A stretch of 64,000 nucleotides of DNA from Porphyromonadaceae bacterium (GTDB taxonomy: Bacteria; Bacteroidota; Bacteroidia; Bacteroidales; Porphyromonadaceae), in NCBI GenBank assembly GCA_030528555.1, contig JAUMYQ010000003.1:44717-108716 (forward strand), in the 5' to 3' direction. Numbering within the stretch: position 1 is the first letter of the stretch; each line of letters opens with the position of its first letter. The notes under the pieces were generated by a model that was given only the letters and a program-made list of their open reading frames with translations, was not told the DNA's origin and did no database searches. Shown in pieces: positions 57,813-64,000 of the stretch. The translations under genes were made by a program, and so were the position numbers.

Positions 57813-59297
57813 CTAATCCTCCGACTTGAGCACTTGGAAGGAGAGCGCACGCTTGGGTTTGCGCCTTGCACTTCCAACCTCATCCCCCTCTATTCTAAAG
57901 CGATCGCTCGGCCAGAGGGCTTTCTTCGGCTTACGCTCGGGACGATCGGGGCGAGCCGTCCGCTCGTTTGCCTTGTGAGGTCTGCGCTCCTGCCCCTCTT
58001 TGCCCGCACGATAGGGCTTGCGCTGCCCCTCTGATCGGCCGGGACGCTGGTCTTTTCGGTCGGTGCGTCTGCCTTTTCGCTCGAAACGGCCGCCCTTGCG
58101 CTCGCCCTCTGCCTCAGCTTTGTGCTCACGGCGGGGGCGTTCGCGCTGGAAATCGTCCCGCTTGCCGCTGAAAAGCTCGTAGCTGCGCAGCTCACACGCT
58201 AGGGCTCCGTTCATCAGTTCGGTACGGCTATTGGGGCGAAGGCCTATGCTGTCGAAGTGTTCACGCTTATAAGCTATGACCCAAGCAGTACAGCCTGCGA
58301 AATTATGCTTAAGCCTTTCGCCAATCATGGCGTACAAATCTTCCGGACGGACTAGACGAAGTCGCTCGCCATAGGGTGGATTCATCACAATAAGTGCCGG
58401 CTCGCTAGGCACCGGGCGCTCCTGAAGTGCGCAAACCTCTATATCAATATACTTGCCCAAGCCAGCACGCGCCACATTACGCTGGGCAATTTGCACGGCA
58501 TTGGGTAGGATGTCCGAGCCAATAATCCGGCCGGTGAACTCGCGCTCAAGGCTGTCGTCGTTATAAAGGTCGTTGAAGAGTGCCTGATCGTAGTCCATCC
58601 ACCGCTCAAAAGCAAAGCCCGATCGGTAAATACCCGGGGCAATGTTGCGGGCAATTAGCGCAGCCTCGATGAGGAAAGTACCCGAGCCGCACATCGGATC
58701 GATTAGGTCGGTTTCTCCATTCCAACCAGCCTTGAGCAGGATGCCGGCGGCCAAAACTTCGTTAATCGGGGCATCGGTCTGCACGGCACGATAGCCACGC
58801 TTGTGCAAACTCTCGCCCGAACTGTCTAGCGAGAGCGTCACTTCCTGCTGGGCAATGTGGACGTTTAGGTAAATATCGGGGTTGTCGAGGCGTACCGATG
58901 GCCGACTGCCACTGCGCTCACGGAAGTAATCTACGATGGCATCCTTAGTGCGGTAGCCGACAAACTTACTGTGTGTGAAGTCTTCGGAGTAGACTGTCGT
59001 GTCGACCGAGAAGGTCTGATCGGGGCGCATGATACGCTGCCAGTCGAACTCACGTAGGGCTGAATACAGCTCATCGGGGTTCTTAGCGCGAAAAGTGTAT
59101 ATCGGTTTGAGGATGCGCAGGGCGGTGCGTAGGCGCAGATTGGCCTTGTAGAGCAGGGCTTTGTCCCCGGTGAAGGACACCATGCGCGTACCGATCTCGA
59201 CATCCGTGCCGCCAAGATCCTCGATTTCTCTAGCCAAAACGTCCTCTAGGGCGTGGAGCGTCTTGGCAATCATCCTAAACTGTTGGTCTGCAGGCAT
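57813..59297 (-). CDS. THUMP-domain class I SAM-dependent RNA methyltransferase (RlmL-like) with basic tail
   Basis: SLDSSGESLHKRGYR, DPMCGSGT, NPPYGERL; R/K-rich C-terminal extension. Confidence 0.9.
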   Translation of the reverse strand: MPADQQFRMIAKTLHALEDVLAREIEDLGGTDVEIGTRMVSFTGDKALLYKANLRLRTALRILKPIYTFRAKNPDELYSALREFDWQRIMRPDQTFSVDTTVYSEDFTHSKFVGYRTKDAIVDYFRERSGSRPSVRLDNPDIYLNVHIAQQEVTLSLDSSGESLHKRGYRAVQTDAPINEVLAAGILLKAGWNGETDLIDPMCGSGTFLIEAALIARNIAPGIYRSGFAFERWMDYDQALFNDLYNDDSLEREFTGRIIGSDILPNAVQIAQRNVARAGLGKYIDIEVCALQERPVPSEPALIVMNPPYGERLRLVRPEDLYAMIGERLKHNFAGCTAWVIAYKREHFDSIGLRPNSRTELMNGALACELRSYELFSGKRDDFQRERPRREHKAEAEGERKGGRFERKGRRTDRKDQRPGRSEGQRKPYRAGKEGQERRPHKANERTARPDRPERKPKKALWPSDRFRIEGDEVGSARRKPKRALSFQVLKSED

Positions 59298-59333
59298 ACT
59301 ATAATACTGTTGAATAGTCTATACTCATAAGCT

Positions 59334-59414
59334 AAAAAGAGCAGCCCAAGCCTCCCGCACGCCTAGGGCTATCGGGTAGATATCCCCCAGCGTCGGCCGG
59401 AGTCTTGGGCTGCT
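59334..59414 (-). terminator. Long hairpin/terminator after the phosphomutase gene
   Basis: Outer stem AGCAGCCCAAG/CTTGGGCTGCT, imperfect inner pairing, T run on the minus strand. Confidence 0.6.
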
Positions 59415-59434
59415 TGGTCTACAAAAGGTGCGAT

Positions 59435-61183
59435 TTAGATGCCGAGCTCGGCACGGATTTGGGCAATCTTCTGCTTGCAAACCTCCTCGGCAGCAGGCAG
59501 AGACTCGGTAGTCGCGGCCTCGCCGCGTACGCCAATGTAGAATTTGATCTTGGGCTCAGTACCCGATGGGCGGATAGATACCTTAGTGCCGTCCTGGGTA
59601 AAGTACTGCAGCACATCGCTGCGCGTAGGCATGTCGAGGGCAAAAGTCTCGCCCGTGGTCATGTCGCGGCCAGTGAGCGCGGCGAAATCCTTAACCAAAA
59701 CTACTGGGCTGCCGGCCAAAGTCTTCAGAGGAGACTGGCGGAAGCCGGCCATCATGGCCTTGATTTCTTCCGCTCCGCTCTTACCTTGGCGGACAATGCT
59801 GATACCTTGCTCCTTGTACAGACCATACTCTACATAGATATGCTGTAGCAGCTGGTAGACAGTCATGCCGCGGTCCAGGGCCCAAGCGGCCATCTCGCAG
59901 AACATCGCACAGGCAGAGACGGAGTTTTTGTCCCGGATAAAGTCCTCACGCAGGTAGCCGTAGCTCTCTTCGCCGCCACCAATGTAGGTCTTCTTGCCCT
60001 CGTTTTGGCGGATTACATCGGCAATCCACTTGAAACCGGTAAAGCAATCATACATTTCTACCCCATTTTTGTCGGCAATAGACTTGATGAGCTCGGTCGT
60101 CACAATAGTCTTAACGACATAGTCGCTAGGCGTGAGCGTGCCAGCCTGCTTGCGTTGCATGATGGCGTAGTAGGTCAGCATGGCGCACATATCGTTGCCA
60201 TTGACCAAAACCATCTTGCCTTCGTCGTTGCGAACCGCTGCTCCTAGCCTATCGGCATCTGGGTCAGTGGCAAGAACGAGGTCAGCTCCGGTCTCTTCGG
60301 CGCGGCGGATAGCCATCTCGAGGGCGGCTGGTTCCTCTGGATTGGGGGAGTGAACGGTAGGGAAGTCCCCGCTGACTACGTCCTGCTCAGGGACGTTGAT
60401 GATGTTTTCAAAGCCAATAGCACGCAGCGTCCTAGGCACAATGTCGACACCAGTGCCGTGGATGGGGGTATAAACGATCTTGAGATCTTTGTGACGCGCT
60501 ATGGAGTCTGTGGCCAAAGTGAGGCCAGCGACACGGCTAACGAATAGGCTGTCCATCTCCTGGCCTAGGAGCTCGATGAGCTCAGGCTTGGCCTCAAAGC
60601 GAATTTCGTCCGCCCCTTTGATCTTATTTACCTCATCAATAATGTTGACATCATGGGGTGCGATGATCTGAGCACCGTCACTCCAATAGGCTTTATAGCC
60701 GTTGTATTCCTTAGGATTGTGGCTGGCTGTGATCATTACGCCGCTCTGGCAGCCCAATTCGCGTATCGCAAACGACACCTCAGGCGTAGGGCGAAGGCTC
60801 TCAAAGAGGTAGACTTTGATGCCATTAGCAGAGAAGATTTCGGCCGTAATGCGGGCAAAAAGTGGGCTATTGTTTCGACAATCGTGCCCAATGGCCACGG
60901 AGATTTGGGGCAAATCCTTGAAGGTAGCCTTCAGATAGTTGGCCAGACCTTGGGTGGCAGCCCCCACGGTATAGCGGTTCATTCTATTGGAACCCACGCC
61001 CATGATACCACGAAGTCCGCCAGTACCAAACTCAAGATCCTTATAGAATGCCTCGATTAGGTCAGTGCTGTCGGCACTATCGAGCATAGCCTGCACTGTG
61101 TTTCGGGTCGCTTCGTCATAGCTTGCGCCCAGCCAGAGCTGAGCTTTTTCTCTCACGCTGGTGAGCAATTCGTTCGTTGCCAT
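59435..61183 (-). CDS. pgm: Phosphoglucomutase/phosphomannomutase
   Basis: FGTGGLRG, TASHNP, DPDADR, GEESYG, RPSGTEPKIKFY; TAACTTTG promoter at 61230-61237 (minus). Confidence 0.94.
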   Translation of the reverse strand: MATNELLTSVREKAQLWLGASYDEATRNTVQAMLDSADSTDLIEAFYKDLEFGTGGLRGIMGVGSNRMNRYTVGAATQGLANYLKATFKDLPQISVAIGHDCRNNSPLFARITAEIFSANGIKVYLFESLRPTPEVSFAIRELGCQSGVMITASHNPKEYNGYKAYWSDGAQIIAPHDVNIIDEVNKIKGADEIRFEAKPELIELLGQEMDSLFVSRVAGLTLATDSIARHKDLKIVYTPIHGTGVDIVPRTLRAIGFENIINVPEQDVVSGDFPTVHSPNPEEPAALEMAIRRAEETGADLVLATDPDADRLGAAVRNDEGKMVLVNGNDMCAMLTYYAIMQRKQAGTLTPSDYVVKTIVTTELIKSIADKNGVEMYDCFTGFKWIADVIRQNEGKKTYIGGGEESYGYLREDFIRDKNSVSACAMFCEMAAWALDRGMTVYQLLQHIYVEYGLYKEQGISIVRQGKSGAEEIKAMMAGFRQSPLKTLAGSPVVLVKDFAALTGRDMTTGETFALDMPTRSDVLQYFTQDGTKVSIRPSGTEPKIKFYIGVRGEAATTESLPAAEEVCKQKIAQIRAELGI

Positions 61184-61306
61184 AGTCGTTCGTCTATTGA
61201 TGTTATGAATTTCTTACTTATTTGTGTGACAAAGTTATACAAATTTCACTACCATTTGCGTCCAAAGTCCTAGGGCTTACAGCGAAAAGAGCCACCACCG
61301 TGACAC

Positions 61307-61337
61307 AAAAAACACGCCAGCCACAAAGGCTAGCGTG
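61307..61337 (-). terminator. Intrinsic terminator of tkt-rpiB
   Basis: Minus strand CACGCTAGCC-TTTGT-GGCTGGCGTG-TTTTTT. Confidence 0.75.
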
Positions 61338-61367
61338 GGGGCGTAGTACCTATTATATATTAGGGTG

Positions 61368-61808
61368 TTAGAGCGGTATCTTTTCTACCCGAGGGGTATG
61401 CCGTCCGCCCTCGAATGCCGCCTCAAGGAAGGCATCTACTATAGACTTCATCTCCTCTTCGGTTAGGAAGCGAGCAGGAAGAGACAGGACGTTGGCGTCA
61501 TTATGTTGCCTCGCTAGAGCCGCCAGCTCAGGACTCCAGCACAGAGCAGCACGCACTTTGCTATGCTTATTCAGTGCCATGGAGATACCATTACCAGAGC
61601 CACACAGAGCGATACCATAGGTCTCTTCGCCCCGATCGATAGCCGTGCCAAGGGCATGCGCATAGTCAGGATAGTCTACCCGATCCTCGCTGTAAGCCCC
61701 AAAGTCCTTGCATTCGATGCCACGAGTGCGCAGATGTGCCACCACAAGCTCTTTCATTTCGTAGCCAGCGTGGTCGCAGCAGATACCCATTCTAGTGATT
61801 TGTGACAT
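61368..61808 (-). CDS. rpiB: Ribose-5-phosphate isomerase B
   Basis: DHAG, DYPD, CGSGNG, ARQHNDAN, FEGGRH. Confidence 0.96.
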   Translation of the reverse strand: MSQITRMGICCDHAGYEMKELVVAHLRTRGIECKDFGAYSEDRVDYPDYAHALGTAIDRGEETYGIALCGSGNGISMALNKHSKVRAALCWSPELAALARQHNDANVLSLPARFLTEEEMKSIVDAFLEAAFEGGRHTPRVEKIPL

Positions 61809-61817
61809 AAGGCTAGG

Positions 61818-63857
61818 CTATTTCTTGAGGATTGTCTTGACTTGCTGGTACACATTCTCTGCCGTGAAGCCGAGTTTCTCGTCCAAAACCTTATAAGGCG
61901 CAGAGAAGCCGAAGCTCTTTAGCCCCCAAATATGCTCCTCACAGCCCACAAGCCCCAAGAGATTGATAGGCAAACCAGCCGTTAGCCCAAATCTTGTTAC
62001 CGAGGGAGGTAGCACTTCGTCTTGGTAAGCCTTGCTCTGGCGGCGGAATAAGCCCTCGCTGGGGATCGAAACAATCTGAAGGCGAATGCCCTCCTTGCGT
62101 AGCAGCTCAGCCCCATCCACTAGTGTAGAGACCTCGCTACCCGTGGCTACCAGCACAATATCGGGGTTCTCGTCACGAGAAATGACATAGCCGCCACGCT
62201 CTGCACCATAGGCTTCTTCCCTGCGCGTCTTATCCTTGCTTAGGGTAGGGAGGTCATTGATGTTTTGGCGAGATAGGATAAGCGCCGTAGGCGTGTGGAC
62301 GTTTTTCATCGCCATCTCCCACGCTACGGTCGTTTCGTGTACATCGGCAGGACGAAGCACCAGCATACTATTCTCTCCGCTGTGGTTTTGTAGCTTCTCC
62401 ATCAGGCGGATTTGTGCTTCTTGCTCCACTGGTTCGTGTGTCGGGCCGTCTTCGCCCACACGGAAAGCATCGTGCGTCCACACAAATTTCACAGGAAGTT
62501 TCATAAGTGCAGCCATACGGATAGCTGGTTTCATATAATCGCTGAAGACAAAGAACGTACCGCATGCCGCTACCACGCCACCGTGCAGTGCCATACCAAT
62601 ACAGAGACAAGCCATTGTCAGCTCAGCAACACCCGGTTGGAGGAAGGCTCCCGAGAAATCTCCTGCCACTAATGCGTGGGTTTTCTTTAGGAAACCGTCC
62701 GTCTTGTCACTATTGGAGAGGTCAGCAGAGGCAACGATCATATTCTCCACCTTAGTGGCTAGCTCACTAAGTACGGCAGCCGATGCCGCACGAGTGGCTT
62801 GGTTTGGCTTCTGCTCGATAGACTTCCAATCGATCTCTGCCACCTTGCCAGCAAACCAGTCGTCCAGCTTTTGTGCTAGATCGGGGTTCGTTGCCCTCCA
62901 GCGTGCCTCCTCGTCGGCTCGCTCGCTAGCCAAAGCCGACAGATGAGCTAGGCGTGCCTCATACATCTGGGCTACGTCGTCAAAGATCTTGAAAGGACTT
63001 TCGGGGTCACCACCTAGAGACTTAATGGTCGCCGTAATACTCGCTCCAGTTGCCGAGAGGGGCTGACCATGGGTGCTTACAGCCCCCTCGAAAGACGTTC
63101 CGTCCTCACCAATTACCCCCTTAGCCATAGTCGTTCGCCCGATGATGAGGGTTGGCTTGCCCACCATAGCCTTCGCTTCGGCAAGCGCCTTACGAATTTC
63201 CTCTACATTATGCCCGTCAATATCGATCACATGCCAGCCCCAAGCACGGTACTTCATAGCTATATCTTCCGAAGCAACCTCGTGAACCTTGGTCGATAGC
63301 TGTACATCGTTGGCATCATAGAACATAATCAGGTTGTCCAAGCCTAGATGACCCGCTATGCGTCCAGCCCCCTGAGAGATCTCTTCCTGTACACCACCGT
63401 CCGAAATATAGGCGTAGATCGTCTGGCTCATTACCCAGCCAAGGCGTTGCTCGAGGAATTTGGCAGCGATGGCAGCCCCCACGGCAAAGGTGTGGCCTTG
63501 CCCCAAAGGACCAGAAGTGTTCTCCACGCCTCGCTCGACATCTACCTCTGGATGCCCAGGCACTGGGCTGCCCCACTGACGAAAGGCTTGCAGATCGTCC
63601 ATGCTATACTTGCCGATCATCGCCAACTGAGCATACAACATGGGCGACATATGCCCTGGATCTAGGAAAAATCTGTCGCGCCCTGCCCAATGAGGCTGCT
63701 GCGGATCGAAGATTAAGAACTCAGAGAAGAGGACATTGATGAAGTCTGCGCCCCCCATTGCTCCGCCAGGATGTCCGCTTTTGGCTTTCTCAACCATAGA
63801 TGCAGCCAGTATGCGGATGTTGTCGGCTGCTCTCGTCATCAGATGATTACTATTCAT
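61818..63857 (-). CDS. tkt: Transketolase
   Basis: SGHPGG, GHPE, SGPLGQG, SDGG, ADLSNS, THD...GEDGPTHEP. Confidence 0.96.
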   Translation of the reverse strand: MNSNHLMTRAADNIRILAASMVEKAKSGHPGGAMGGADFINVLFSEFLIFDPQQPHWAGRDRFFLDPGHMSPMLYAQLAMIGKYSMDDLQAFRQWGSPVPGHPEVDVERGVENTSGPLGQGHTFAVGAAIAAKFLEQRLGWVMSQTIYAYISDGGVQEEISQGAGRIAGHLGLDNLIMFYDANDVQLSTKVHEVASEDIAMKYRAWGWHVIDIDGHNVEEIRKALAEAKAMVGKPTLIIGRTTMAKGVIGEDGTSFEGAVSTHGQPLSATGASITATIKSLGGDPESPFKIFDDVAQMYEARLAHLSALASERADEEARWRATNPDLAQKLDDWFAGKVAEIDWKSIEQKPNQATRAASAAVLSELATKVENMIVASADLSNSDKTDGFLKKTHALVAGDFSGAFLQPGVAELTMACLCIGMALHGGVVAACGTFFVFSDYMKPAIRMAALMKLPVKFVWTHDAFRVGEDGPTHEPVEQEAQIRLMEKLQNHSGENSMLVLRPADVHETTVAWEMAMKNVHTPTALILSRQNINDLPTLSKDKTRREEAYGAERGGYVISRDENPDIVLVATGSEVSTLVDGAELLRKEGIRLQIVSIPSEGLFRRQSKAYQDEVLPPSVTRFGLTAGLPINLLGLVGCEEHIWGLKSFGFSAPYKVLDEKLGFTAENVYQQVKTILKK

Positions 63858-64000
63858 CGTCTTTGTTTATGTTATGATGTTTCTTTATTGCTTAGGAACT
63901 AACGGTATGCACTCCAAGGCTTAATCTGTATATCGTCTTGCGACATAGAGCAGAAGGCCGTGATAAAAGCAGCAGCCAAGCGCGCATTCGTCAGCAAAGG

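Noticed and set aside
57813-61183. Apparent GC-richer segment as a horizontal transfer
   Set aside because: Genes are ordinary housekeeping genes, no mobility signs, and GC was judged only by eye

Overview
A 64-kb stretch of core chromosome from a Bacteroidota bacterium, most like Porphyromonas (TAnnTTTG promoters, a T9SS cargo protein, a Bacteroidetes-type V-ATPase operon). It holds mostly housekeeping genes: V-type ATPase (E, C-like, A, B, D, I, K), Mrp, RNase P RNA, a U32 protein, nrdAB, two nagB-family genes, fba, kdsB, dnaG, ddh, lgt, fprA, HU, hemL, prmA, lepA, dnaB, coaD, murD-ftsW-murG, two ABC-F genes, xseB, ispD, recG, pepT, a THUMP methyltransferase, pgm, rpiB and tkt. No transposase, phage gene, tRNA or CRISPR array is visible. 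The most unusual signals are non-coding. (1) A ~115-bp intergenic element occurs four times and is built from five units at a 22-bp period around TCCCGA/TCGGGA cores with A/T tracts. (2) A second, unrelated 22-bp-period dyad array (GGGTGC/GCACCC) lies just upstream of an HU-like gene inside the V-ATPase operon, which also carries an extra lipoprotein gene. (3) A cobalamin riboswitch with a terminator-like platform sits in front of pepT and a DUF3109-like gene. Family assignments come from motif recognition only; no database searches were run.
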